From assembly GCA_043228905.1 (NCBI GenBank), contig JBHGNT010000005.1:16430001-16494000 (forward strand): a stretch of DNA of 64,000 nt, given 5' to 3'. Below, one piece after another: positions 13,301 to 25,491 of this stretch. Position 1 is the first letter of the stretch. Each line of letters starts with the position of its first letter. The position numbers were made by a program, and so were the translations under genes. The DNA comes from Azolla caroliniana. Taxonomy: Eukaryota > Plantae > Polypodiophyta. A model generated the notes under the pieces. It saw only the letters and a list, made by a program, of their open reading frames with translations. It was not told the origin of the DNA and ran no database searches.

Positions 13301-13362
13301 TTCATTGGGCGGTTAGCCATCGTGGTGCCGCGTGTTCTTGAACTAGGAGTCTGTGCATGCAT
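10361..13362 (-). pseudogene. Accessory ORF of D (originally probably one protein of about 1000 aa): globular N-terminal domain, long coiled coil, acidic Pro/Thr tail
   Basis: ORFs 12127-13362, 11917-12105 and 10361-11872 are colinear with F 56341-58336 (shared EYFGxYS.S.KAYRT, EG..VDWG.ITG, AA.RMA.EH.E..MI.R) and with E 16090-16597. Confidence 0.75.
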
Positions 13363-14392
13363 TTAGTCCTTTTAATAGTGTCGTTATCTTCTCGTTTTTT
13401 TTTTTCGTAACGGTTATATACAACCTATTTTTACATTATGGTACAAGTGGGGGCCGTCCATTTACGCTGCGGGTTCTCCGACTCTGTCCTATTCGGCTCT
13501 GTCCAGGTAAGGTTTGAGGCGAAACCCATTCACCTTTTGTCATACTATATCCCCGGCCAACGTACCTAGTTGGAACGTGCCTTGTTCCGCTCCAATTATC
13601 CAGTATGGACTGGTCCAGCGGAATCGTAACTTCCCTGGCATATGGCCCATGCGGGTTTGGAAAACCAGCACCGCTCGACCGACGACGAACTCCTTTTCCC
13701 TTGCATTCCGATGTCGATCCACAAATGCTTTACGTCGTCGTTGTTCCTGCTCCAGCATAACCATGTTGTGTACGCGTTTTTGGCTAGTGGAGCCGTACCT
13801 CCTCCGACTTGGCTTTCGATAGTCGGTCCCGTACTCTTCTTATGGACTATGGCGTAATGATGTGTTAGTCGTTTTAATAGTCGCTATCTTCTCCTATTTA
13901 CAACCTTCTTCTTTTTTCTTTTTTCTTTTTTTCTTAAAGGTTATTTACAACCTATTTTTACATTATAGTACAAGTGTTGTTGTCCATTTTACGCTGGTTC
14001 TCCGGATCTGTCCCGTTCGGCGGTGAATGGGTTGGGTGGCGTCGGGCCCAGGTAAGGTTTGAGCCGAAACCCATTCACCTTTTGCCGTACTACTTCTCCA
14101 GCCAGCGTACCTGTTGGAACGTGCCTTGTTCCGCTCCAATTATCCAGTACGGGCCGGTCTAGCGGAAACGTAACTTTCCCGGCATATGGCCCATGCGCAT
14201 TTGAAAAACCAACATTGCTCGACCCACGGTAAACTCCTTTTCCCTTGCGTTCCGATGTCGATCCACAAACGCTTTACGCCGTCGTTGTTCCTGTTCCAAC
14301 ACAGCCATGCTGTGGACGCGTTTTTCCCCTAGTTCGAGGAGTTGGTAGAGCCGTACCTCCTCCGACTTGGCTTCTGATAATTGGTTCCATAC
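13363..14392 (-). repeat. Tandem diverged duplication of the integrase C-terminus and downstream spacer in D
   Basis: 13363-13834 resembles 13865-14392; 13835-13868 resembles 14631-14667. Confidence 0.8.
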
Positions 14393-16089
14393 CTAAATGC
14401 GCAAACTAGGGACCTGAAATTCGATCGGCATCACAGCCTCCAGTCCAAACGCTAGTCGGAACGGTGTTGACTGTATGCTTGTTTTGTAGCCGGTTCTGTA
14501 CGCCCATAACGCACTCTGTAGTTTGGTATCCCAATCCGTTCTATTTTCATTGACGGTTTTCTTCAAAATGGTCTGTAGTGTCTTGTTGGTGGATTCTGCT
14601 AATCCATTCGCCTGTGGATAATATGGCGTGCTCTTCTTATGGACTACAACGTAATGATGTGTTAGTTCCCGAACCACTGAATTGAGAAAGTGACTCCCCT
14701 GGTCATTGATGAGCTCAATCGGGCAACCGAACCGGCACCAGATGTGCTCGTAAAGGAATCTGGCTGTGACGGCCGCCGTATTTTCACATAGTGCCTTTGC
14801 TTCTACCCATTTGGTGCAGTAATTCGTGGCTACAATTATGTATTTATTGCCCGTACGGGCCGCTGCTGGTGTGAAGGGCCCTACAAAATCCAAACCCCAC
14901 TTTTGGAAGGGGTCTAACGGTAATACGGGCTGGTGTGGTATCCTTGCGTCCTCCGCGGGCTGACCCATCCGTTGACACAAATCACACTTTCTACAATACT
15001 CGGATGCCTCCTTCTGCGTTGTTGGCCACCACAAGCCCGCCTGCCATACTTTCTGGGCTGTCACGTCGCCCGCGTAATGGCCGCCTGCCGTGCCGTAGTG
15101 GGCCTCCCGTAAAACTGCTGCCTTCTCATCCTGACAGACCCCACGTCTCCAAATGTCGTCACTTCCTTTGTGATATAAAACGCCTTCGACGAGGTAGAAG
15201 TGACGGCTTCGGACGGCTAGTCGTTTCTTCTCGTCCATGCGTAATTCTGGTGGAGGCAATCCTGTAGTTAAAAAGTACTTCATTTCCATAAGCCACCGGT
15301 CCAGAAAGGTCGATTCCATTTTTTTTGCCAGTGTCGCTACTCGCAGGATGTCGGTGTCCGGAAAATCGTCGTTGTCTTTTTGTACTGTTTCTCCATTCTC
15401 GAGTCTACTCAAGAAATTCCCCACTGCGTGTTGCGTCCCTGGTCGGTGCTGAATTACGAAATCGAATTCCTGGAGCAGCAACATCCACCGCGCCAATTTC
15501 CCTGTCAGGGCTTGTTTCTCCACCAAATACAGTAGTGCCGAATGATCCACGTGGAACGTGAATTTCCTTCCTAATAAATAGTGTCGGAATTTATTGATGC
15601 TATAGATCATCCCTAGCGCCTCCCGCTCTGTTGTGGAATAGTTACGCTCTGTTGTTGACAATTTACGACTCGCGTAGTATACTGGCCTGTACCAGTTTGG
15701 TTCGGTGAGCTGCATTAGTGCGCTTCCTATTGCTATGTCCAAAGCGTCGACGAACACGTGGAATGGCTTCGCCCAAACTGGTGGTTGTACGACGGGAGCC
15801 TGTGTGAGCATTATCTTAAGTGCCTCATAGGCCTTATCCTCCGTTGCAGTCCATTGGAAAGGAGTCTGATGTACGACAGCATGTAACGGTATGGCGAAGT
15901 CCACCAAATACCGTATCATCCGACTATGACACCGTATTTTTCCTAACAACTGGCTAAGCAATTTGGCGTTTGTCGGAGTTTTGGCTTGCGTAATCGCGGA
16001 GATCTTGTTTGGGTCGACCGCTATTCCCTTCTTGCTGACTATGTAGGAGAGACCCAATGATCACGCCGAAGGCACATTTCGTGGGATTC
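14393..16089 (-). pseudogene. pol: RT C-terminus, RNase H and integrase of D
   Basis: 554-aa ORF with FHVFVDA, ERNYSTTEREAL, HHCC zinc finger, WGLDFVGP and YYPQANGLAE. No additional archaeal-type RNase H is visible between RH and IN. Confidence 0.92.
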
Positions 16090-17150
16090 GGGCCGCGGCT
16101 TCTACAAAATGGACGAAGCCAGCATACAAAACCTGCGTGCAGATTTAACCAAGGATTATCAGTCCTTGGCAAAATCTCACACCGCGGCAATCGAGCAAAT
16201 AATGGAGGACTTCAATGACAGTCAGATGTTGTTTCGCCTCGAAGCAGAAGCCTTCGAACGAGAACGACTCGCAGCCATCCCCACCAGCCCTCCAACGGCC
16301 ACAGAGTAGAAGGAAGAACCTTCCAGCAAGGAGATCACGGACACGGCACAGGAGGAACCTGCCCCGGCCAGCAGACATCCCATGGACGCCCACACGGTAC
16401 CAGATCCAGTCGAAGTAGAGGTCAGCGCCCTCGAACCCACACCCCAACCAGAAGAATCGGCCGCACCTGAGGCGGACGTCCGAGAAGATATGACACCCCC
16501 AGACCAAACTCAACCCCCCGCACCAACAGTCCAACCAGACCACCCTGCCACCACCCCGAACCCCGAAAGCATCCTCGACATCTTAAAAGAGGAATGAAAC
16601 GAGGATCACGCCTAAAAGGCAATTTTTGTAATATCGTTAGTATTTTGTAAGTCGTGGGTCCGACGGACAAGGTCCTGTCCCACAGGCGTGCCAGGTGTTG
16701 TCCAGAGGACAGAAATGTAAAATTAGGAAATTAGCAAACGCCGAGTCCGAGTATCACAGGCCACCGACGGCTCGGTTGTGTATTAGGGGAAAAGTTATTT
16801 AAACGAGGACCAGTACCTCAGAGAAGAGAGAAGAAAAATATAGGCGGAAGCACTAGCTTAGTCCTTCGTAATTAGATAAACTTGTAAGGTCACCGGCCAT
16901 AGGCCATGTTCTGTAATCTTTTCTGTCATAGTAATATATCTGATTTGTGCCCATTTTGCTCCATGAGTCTGTGCTTTGTTCCCTACCTATGAGTTCAACG
17001 CCGCCCACGTCTATCAAGACCTCGCTAGTGTTTTCTCTCTGAGCCCTATATCTCTCTCGACGCCCCTGTTACGAGCCTTCACGTACCACGCCCTTGAAGA
17101 CCGATAGCCGCAGATCTATCGAAGGTGTTCACCCAAAGGAACGGGTAACA
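16090..17150 (+). mobile_element. Element E: 3' remnant of an F-family element (end of accessory ORF plus 3' LTR 16696-17150) inserted in D
   Basis: LTR similar to F LTR 45672-46172; peptide GRGFYKMDEASI matches D GRGFYKLNEESI; D gag resumes at 17151; the left side is lost to a deletion. Confidence 0.85.
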
Positions 17151-18550
17151 CGTACCTTGTCTTGCGCAGCCCAGTCCGTCGTTTTTGTTTGCTGGCGTGT
17201 CGTTACTTGTTGCACCTCCGCCATAATCGTATTGACAACGGGTCCCTTTCCCTTGCGTGCTGGGCATTGTGTGGCATAATGTCCGGGTTGCTGACAAATA
17301 AAACAATGGATGCTTGATTCACCCTTCTCGGCTCCTAGTGGTGTGTGCCGCTCCCCTGGTGCTACTTGCTCCTCGCGCTCCGGCCTTGTTTGTCGGAACG
17401 TACGCAGTGGCTGTTGTTCGTCCTGGCGTTGTTCCTGGTGCCGCTCATCCCCCGAGCTTTCGTTGTAACACCGGTGATCCCTATACTGTCGTGGCTTACC
17501 CCGATAGCCATTGAAGCCGCCTCCTTTGTTTGTCGGCCGTGTATTCTCGTAGCGCCGACCCCCTTTAGCGTAACTCGGATGTCCACGATAATCCTCGTCC
17601 TCTGGGTCATCCTCCTCGGAATCGTTGTGATTCCGTCGATTCCGGTTGTACCGGTCCTCCCGCGGGTTGCGATCCTTATAGCGGGGTCGGTCTTCTTGCC
17701 TCCTTTGTTTAGCCCGGTGTGGTTGACGTTGTGCGTCCATGCTGCGGACTGCGGAAGTGGCTTTGTTTAACATATTGTACTCGCATTGGTCAACTGTGTG
17801 AGCCTTCGAGTGGCAGCTTGGGCACTGGATTCGCATATTGCAGTCTACTGCGGAATGCCCCGAGTTCAACCAAATCGTACTTTGGATTGCTTGACGAAAC
17901 TGGCGTTCCTCATCCTGAGGTAACGCTTGTCGTAAGGAGGACATAGAAAACCTTTCCTCCTCATCATCCAACTCGAGCTGTAACGCTCGTTCAATTACCA
18001 TATCCGTCGTTTCTCCTTTCACGCTATTGTTGTTGAGCGTTGCCCGGATGGGCCGGCGTAAAGCTGCCAAAAATGTTTCCCGAGCCTCGTCTTCTGCGGT
18101 GTCGCGAAGATTCGCGCGTGCGTGTGCTACTCGAGCGACCACCGGGGTCTTGGACTAGGGAGGACGTTCGCGGAATTATCGACGCTAGATGACGATCAAT
18201 GTAAGATTGGATGAAGTTTGTTCACTTGAGAAGAAGAAAGATTGTACACTTGAGAAGTAGAAAAACATGAAGAAGATAAAGACAAATATAATTATATTGA
18301 TGATAGTGGTGTTGGTGATATCACATATTGAGCCCCCCTTACACAAGCCCAACTAGAGGCTTTTATAGGTCTTTCCATGCTCGTGACATGCACAAAACCA
18401 TGGGCTAAAACCATGGTTTTGTGCACACAGTTTTGCTTATGTCATGCACAAACCATGGGTTTAAAACCATGGTTTTGTGCACATGGTTTTCTATGGTTGT
18501 TTCGTCTATAATTTGTATATGAAAAGGAAATACATAAAATTTACACTATA

Positions 18551-18630
18551 TGAGAGTTGTCCTAGTGGTAAGGCAATTATCTTGTATCTTAGAGGTGCAA
18601 GGTTCAAACCTTGCTTGCACCCCTCTGTAT
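18551..18630 (+). promoter_or_regulatory. tRNA-like A-box/B-box module in H LTR (second copy about 21419-21498), antisense to H
   Basis: TGTCCTAGTGGTAAGG ... GAGGTGCAAGGTTCAAACCTTGC; homologous to the module in C LTRs. Confidence 0.6.
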
Positions 18631-18824
18631 GAACTCAAGTGCCACTAGGCCTTAGGAGGCTTATTTGCTAAGTGTATGTGCAATGTTGCACATCCTTGGT
18701 TTATTCGTCTCACTCGGTTTCACACCGTAGCCGAAAATCGTCACGACATCCATCCCCACCAAACCCGCACATCCTCCGGTATGTGCCGAGAAAGGTGAAG
18801 AGGTGAGATCTTTGGCAACGGTGA

Positions 18825-20929
18825 TCAACCGAGTTCCTCTGCACGCTCGTCGACCTCGTCTGACTTCGTCTTCCACTTCGAGTATGCGCAATCTTTCCAA
18901 CCGAACCACCGTAGCCACCCGATCCACCATATCCGGCGCTCACACCTTCTTCCCCGATCGGTTGTAGTAGATCTACCGAACGATGTCGTCGATACGACCG
19001 CTCTTCCTTCGTCCACCGCGCTTGTCCTTCGATTGGGTTCCTGGCCACTCCTCGCGCTCACCGTCTTCAACCGGGTGTTGTGGATCGTTCGTGTCCATCT
19101 TCGATTATGCCAGGTTTGCCCTTCTCCGGATCGGTCTCCGCCGATCGCTTCTTGGCTCGGTTGGCCTTCGTCTACATTCGCATTTCCCCGAGTCGGGCTT
19201 GACCGATTGATTCTGGCTGGGTCGACCCCCTTTTGGATTGGAATCGTTCGATCGATTTTCGCCGAATCAGGTTTCAGCCGGGTCGGCCCCGGTCGATCGG
19301 CTCCCATGTGGATCTTCCTTCGTTCGGGCCGGAATCTCGGCCGGATCGTCTTCCGGTTCGACCGGTTCTCGACTCTTCCTTCCTTCCCGCATGCAACCTC
19401 TCCATCGAACTCAACCGCGGCTTCATCCTTGGCCTGCTCGTCGGCCATATCCTTCCCTCCGTGTATGCTCACCGCAAGCCATATTGTCTCCTCTTCGCCA
19501 CCTCCTTTATCTTCGGTCTTATGCCGACACACGGTCTCGATTGCCGAAGTCTCCGGAACCGGTGTGAAGGAATCCCTTCGCTCATGCACATTTACCTTGT
19601 CTTCTTCATCGCCCTTCCAGTCGTCCTCTTTTTTGCCCACACATTCCGTCTCTCCGGTCTCACGTTGGCGCACGTGCACAACTACCGAAGTCTCTAGAAT
19701 AGGTGTGGGGATATCCTTTCTTCCTCGATCTTCTTCCTCTTTGTGTTGGGCCTTTGTCTTCCCGTCACCACCTTCCGTCTCTCCGGTCTCACGTTGGCAC
19801 ACGGGCACAACCGCCGAAGTCTCTGGAGCAATCGTGGAGAAAGTCTTGACATGGCTATCCGTTGTCGACTCATCCATAGCCACCTCCGACTCGATGTCGT
19901 TTGTCTTGGCTACCTCCTCAATCTCTTCATACTCAAACACTTTTTCTCCCTCGATCATGCAAGCTTTTCTCATGCTTCGTACACAATGCGTGTTCCGAAA
20001 CATTTATCCTCCCTCGAAGTGGCGTTCGCCGTCCTCGAGTCATCGGCCTCCTCCTTCGCCGTCGTTTCTTTGTAAGACAAGAAGGTGACTTGTTTCACAC
20101 CTTCTCTCTCGGTACCGTCATACAGAACCAGAGCCTTTGTATCGGCCACTTCATTAACCCGCATTTGTTGGGAGGTCTCTTCTTCCTCGATCACCATTCG
20201 CCTCGGTTTTGTCTCCCTTTTAAGCTTCATTTCTTTTGTTGGTGGCGCGTTGTTGCATCTCGTCCCTCTTCGATCGTCCCTCATGGGCCGTCTTGTTGTC
20301 GTCGATATTCTCGCTTGCCCCTTATCGTGTAGTCGGCATACACTTTCCACTTTGCTCCAATCCTCAATGAGGCCATTTGCACCATCATCTTCTTCGAGTT
20401 TGAGGCCGATCGTCATCCTTTCCATTCGATCGATTGACTTCACGAACATAAGGACCTTATCGACCCCCACCAATCTTTGTTCCCGCTCCGACAATTGAGA
20501 AAAATGATGCTCGAAGTCTACGAATGCTTGTGTCGCACCTTGGTGGGTCCTCGCTGATGTCACCCATTGGTCGAAGTTGCGTCGATCTTGTCCCTTCAGT
20601 CTCTCATAGCCATATTCCTCCAATAGGGCCTTCTCGAAAGTCGCCCACGAATCATGAGCTTCTAGAAGCTCTTTTACATCTTTGAAGATCGGTTGAGACA
20701 CCACCCGACAAAAGTACTCTAGCCTCATAGCTTTGTCCACACCTCTTGAATCCATCTCTGCATTGTAGACTTTTAGGAAACTTTGGACTTCGGCACCGTT
20801 GAAATAGCTCATTCGTTCAACTACCTTGTTGACGGCTTGTTGGGCTTCATTTCTTCTTTTCCCTTCTCTCAGAAACTCCATCATCCTTCTTGACATTGCC
20901 TCCATGAGATATTCGCCATCCATCTTCAT
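18825..20929 (-). CDS. Gag-like N-terminus (19970-20929) and acidic repeat region (18825-20003) of H, separated by a frameshift
   Basis: FNGAEVQSFL..Y.AEM, DKVLMFVKSI and ANGLIEDW align with C Gag; PETSAV..RETGETEGG repeats are shared with B. Confidence 0.7.
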
Positions 20930-22772
20930 CCTCCCCTGCTGCTCTTCACGTCGGGTTCACCAAATGATGTCGCGAAGATTCGCGCGTGCGTGTGCTACTC
21001 GAGCGACCACCGGGGTCTTGGACTAGGGAGGACGTTCGCGGAATTATCGATGCTAGATGACGATCAATGTAAGATTGGATGAAATTTGTTCACTTGAGAA
21101 GAAGAAAGATTGTACACTTGAGAAGTAGAAAAACATGAAGAAGATAAAGAAAAATATAATTATATTGATGATAGTGGTGTTGGTGATATCACATATTGAG
21201 CCCCCCTTACACAAGCCCAACTAGAGGCTTTTATAGGTCTTTCCATGCTCGTGACATGCACAAAACCATGGGCTAAAACCATGGTTTTGTGCACACGGTT
21301 TTGCTTATGTCATGCACAAACCATGGGTTTAAAACCATGGTTTTGTGCACATGGTTTTCTATGGTTGTTTCGTCTATAATTTGTATATGAAAAGGAAATA
21401 CATAAAATCTACACTATATGAGAGTTGTCCTAGTGGTAAGGCAATTATCTTGTATCTTAGAGGTGCAAGGTTCAAACCTTGCTTGCACCCCTCTGTATGA
21501 ACTCAAGTGCCACTAGGCCTTAGGAGGCTTATTTGCTAAGTGTATGTGCAATGTTGCACATCCTTGGTTTATTCGTCTCACTCGGTTTCACACCGTAGCC
21601 GAAAATCGTCACGACAGCGGGGCTCCGTTCCAGCTTTCATCATAAATTTTGGAAGCGTAAGCTGAAGTCCGCTATCGTCTCTGTCGGCAGTTGCTTAATC
21701 GTATAAAACTGTCTGAGGATTTCGCGTTGTGGAACCCTCCGATGGAAGAATCGCAAGAACGCGGACTGCAGTTGATCGAAGGTTGTTATTGCTGGTAAAT
21801 CCATTTGTGAATGCCAAAACGGGGCTCGCCCATCTAATGTTAACCCGAACTCCGTCATTTTTTACTGGTGTGCTACCGCCTCCGAAAGGCTCTGCGCCAT
21901 GTGGTTCGCATTCCAGACCTTCAGGAACATGCGAATATGCGTTGCGGCGTCGGTTTCGCCGTTAATGCGGGGGTAGGCAAAGGCCATGGTGGGAGCTACG
22001 GCGGGTCGGGAAAGGCCACCGGGTGGCTGTGGTGAGCGTAGTCCCTGCATCTCGTCGAGGTATTTGGGGAGCGAAGAATCACCTTTGTACTCACGACAGG
22101 TAGTACTGAGGTCGCTGAGGCGCGGCTTTTGCCGTGCACATTCTTCTGCCTGCCGTGTGACGGACCTTGTTATTGGCCGGTCTTGTCGTGTTGTTTCTCT
22201 GGGCGTCTGCGGCTAAACATCCATTCGTCGTTGCTCGTCTGTGAGAAAACAGAGATCACCAAGCATGCCAAAAGTGTTGCCGATTAGGAACACGGTTCGC
22301 GGTCAGTCCTTCGACCTAGACCTCAAAGTGGGTGTGGAACAACGAACAGGTGTTTAAGCGTAATGTGGAGGGGAAGAATCCCTGTAACCTATCAGTGCAT
22401 AAGGGAGACGACTACAACCGAAACTCTATCACGGGTTACACTTACGTACTTAAACGCTTAGGTATTCAAGACACACACAGTGAATTAGCCGTAGCTATAC
22501 ACAGGAAATCAGAGAAGATAGAATTCTATTATCACGCATTTCTTTACATTCCCCAAAATTACACGCACCTCCATCAGAGGTTTTCTGCCCTTTATATACG
22601 CAGGGTCTATTTAGCCATTCACGCTTCCTGCGTGAACCGTTACATGCGTTATGTCCTTATATAATTTCTTATTCCTACGCTTTTGTCGGTCGGTTACTAT
22701 TCCGGCGGACAACAGCGTGGGGTTCTTCCGAGGTGTCCAGACTATCTCGGCCCCACGCCTTTATAGCCCTCT

Positions 22773-24822
22773 CTAAAAATCCCCTTGGCTCTCGCTGCCG
22801 AGGGTCTCACGGTTACGCTCATGGTTCGGCCTCACCGTCAAAAATTGAACGGAGCGTTGTCCATCTTGGCTCTTCACACGCGCGTACGCCAATCCGTTGT
22901 CAAGCACCTTCGTTTCCATCCGTGCTGCCGTAATGTATGGCTCACCGAGTATCACCGGGTGCGAGGAGGTCTCCTGCACAAAGAATTGTTGATCTATCTC
23001 AATGTCGCCGATCTTTACGCGCACATTCGGGCATGCACCATGCAGCTCCTCCGTAGCACGTGTCGCCGTGCGTATCTTCCACCCGTGCTTGGTGTTGATC
23101 GGCCACTTCCCCTTCTTGTAGAAGTCCATGGACATCAGGTTGATCTCCGAGCCGTGGTCTATCAATGTCACCACCGGCTCCTGCACGTCCTCAACCCAGA
23201 CAGGGGTCTCCGTAGTGGCTCTGGCCCAATGCGGCTTCGCGTAGTGGCTGTCCGCCAACTCATCCTCTAGGGCCGTATCTTCTAGGTGCGTCATCTACAC
23301 CTCCACGGGCTTCTCCAGCTCCGGCTCCGTCAAGAGCCGCTTCCGCTTCACCAAGTCCACAATGGAGTCGTGGAACTCCTTCTTGGCGATTCTGAGCACC
23401 TCCCTCAACAACAACTCCACCTTGTTGTCGAGAATCCGCTCCTCGAGGACCTTCCGCAGGTCCATCGACCTCTCGATCTCCGTGCTCAGCCGGTAACCGG
23501 CCTGTTTCGTTTTGTCGGTCACCCCGGTGTTGCCGGCATCGTTCTGCTTTGGTCCAGACCTGGTCTCATACCGTTGCGAGGGTCCGGCCCCTCCAGCCCT
23601 TCCCATGCGCTTGTCCTCTACCAAAACTTTGTAGTTCTGGCATGCGGCTTCCACGAAGCCAGTCTTTTCTTCAACCGGATCGTCCCATCCTGTGACCTCC
23701 CGGATCCGCTGTTCCGCACGGTCCGCCTCCTCCTTCTTTAGCCGTACCTCGGAGAGGCATTCCAATACCAACGGCCAGAATCCAGAGTCTTTCACCTTCC
23801 AGCCCTCGTCGCCCCCGACCCAGATACCCGCCGATGCGAAGTAGTGGACGGCCTCCGCATGTCGCGCCGCGGCTTCTTCCATCAAGCGCTTCATCCCTCC
23901 GCGCCCAGTGTTTAACTCTAGGGCTTTCCGCGTGTCGCCGGCATGCACTCGCCCATTCCAGAGGTACACCACATTGGTCCGGAGTGCCTCTACGAAATCC
24001 ACGCATTCTTTCCGGATGTGACCGACAGCGTCACACCACATGCATCGTTGCCCCGTCAGTAGCCTCCGGTCACGAAGTTGATCATCGTTGTCCCTCCGTG
24101 CTTGTGTGATCTGGAGGTCACGCACCATTTGCGTCAGCTCTTCCAGAGCCGCTCCTCCAAAAGAGCCTTCGACCACTCCGCTCAGGGCTGGGCCCGTCTC
24201 GCGCCAATTCCGAGTCTCTTCCTTCCTACCTGGCACCGATACCGGCTCCTCGAGCTTCCTCGCCAACGAGCCCTCGTCGCTCCACTCGCGCCGCTTGTCA
24301 AAGCAGGCGCAGACTCCTTTGACCATGGCCCAGTCGGCCATGAGGCCTTCATCCGTCTCCAATAGGAGACCCACCTTCTCCCAAACCAGCGGGTGCACCG
24401 ACTTGACAAACAACAAGACCCTGCTCGTGTCGAGCACGGTCTGATCCAGCACCGACAGCCGAGCGAATCATTGTTCGAATTCCTGGAGGAGCACCGACGT
24501 GTTCGTCCCCTTTCCAAGGCTCTCAACCTAAGCCATGAAGTCCCGCTTCGACAACCGAAGCGAATCGTCGTATCCATACTTCTCGAGTAGCCGCCCCTCG
24601 AGCTCCACCCAAGCCTGGCATCCGGCCAACACCTCCGCGTGGATGCTCGGCGTCACCACTCAAGGGAATCCGGACAGTCGTCTGTCCTCCGGGATGTCCC
24701 TCATGATCATTTAGGCCCGGTATGCCTCCAAGTAGCTCGTGGCATCCTCTCCACCAAACCGGCCTATCGTGCCGACGACTGCTTCAATAGCCCCTATCGA
24801 GGGTGTGTGTGCCTTCACGTGC
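22773..24822 (-). pseudogene. gag: gag-protease of A (N-terminal start at about 43324-43400)
   Basis: ORFs 23295-24452 (CMWCDAVGH...C knuckle) and 22773-23294 (LIDHGSEINL aspartic protease); similar to C. Confidence 0.88.
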
Positions 24823-25491
24823 TGTCGTGAAGATTTTCGTCCACGAGCGGAAACCCGAGCAATGAGAGCCAAAGAGCGATGTGCAACGTTGCACACGTAC
24901 ATAATGTATTTGTAATAATAATAGGGGAAAAGGGTATGGTGCTAGAAATGCCCCATAAGATCCCTAAGGTATAAAGGCGATGCGGTCTTGTGCGCACATC
25001 CACGCGAGAGAGAGAGAGAAGTACTATGCGGTACATAGGTACCTAGTTGTTTGTGAGGAGGTGGGAGTTAAGGGGTCATCAATCTCACCCTCCCCCAAAT
25101 CAAGGCAAATATCCCCTTTGAATGAAAGGGGATATTTTAGTCTCGTTTTGTAAACGGTCTTCCCTCCTTGTGCTATAAAAGGAGAGGGAAGGCACCATTG
25201 TGAGGGTTGCCTATTTTGAGTGTGCGAGGTATACCACATAGGTCGAGCGTTAGGGTTAGGGTTAGGGTTTCGAGTAGTCGTTTGGTGCGGCCTATGCGGC
25301 CACCATTTTGTAATCGTTCATCTCGTTTTAATACATCTTGTTGTTCATCTTGTCTCCATCTTCCTCTTGTTCATCTTGTCTACTACTCCTTAGTCCAAGA
25401 CCCCCGTGGTCCCGCCCTTCTCCACGCACGTGCGTAGCAACGCGACATATTTGGTGAACCCGACGTGAAGAGGCGGCAAGGGAGGAAGAAG

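Larger units (their letters stand above)
18100..21616 (-). mobile_element. Element H: non-autonomous LTR retrotransposon (Gag-like plus repeat ORF, no pol)
   Basis: Near-identical 649-bp LTRs at 18100-18748 and 20968-21616; TSD GCGG; PBS TGGTGAACCCGACGTGAA (20945-20962); G-rich tract at 18749-18766. Confidence 0.93.
17151..22230 (-). pseudogene. gag: gag of D, split by H into 17151-18099 and 21617-about 22230
   Basis: CCHC knuckles (CFICQQPGHYATQC); colinear with F Gag 46364-47999. Confidence 0.85.
9874..22714 (-). mobile_element. Element D: Athila-like Ty3/Gypsy with a 3' accessory ORF
   Basis: 440-bp LTRs at 9874-10313 and 22275-22714; perfect TSD GCGTG; degenerate PBS TGGCATGCTTGGTG at about 22257-22270; gag, RH-IN and accessory ORFs all on the minus strand. 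Confidence 0.92.

Noticed and set aside
19033-20088. 351-aa plus-strand ORF and many similar antisense ORFs
   Set aside because: Shadows of GC-rich retroelement coding frames; Ser-rich with no recognisable motifs.
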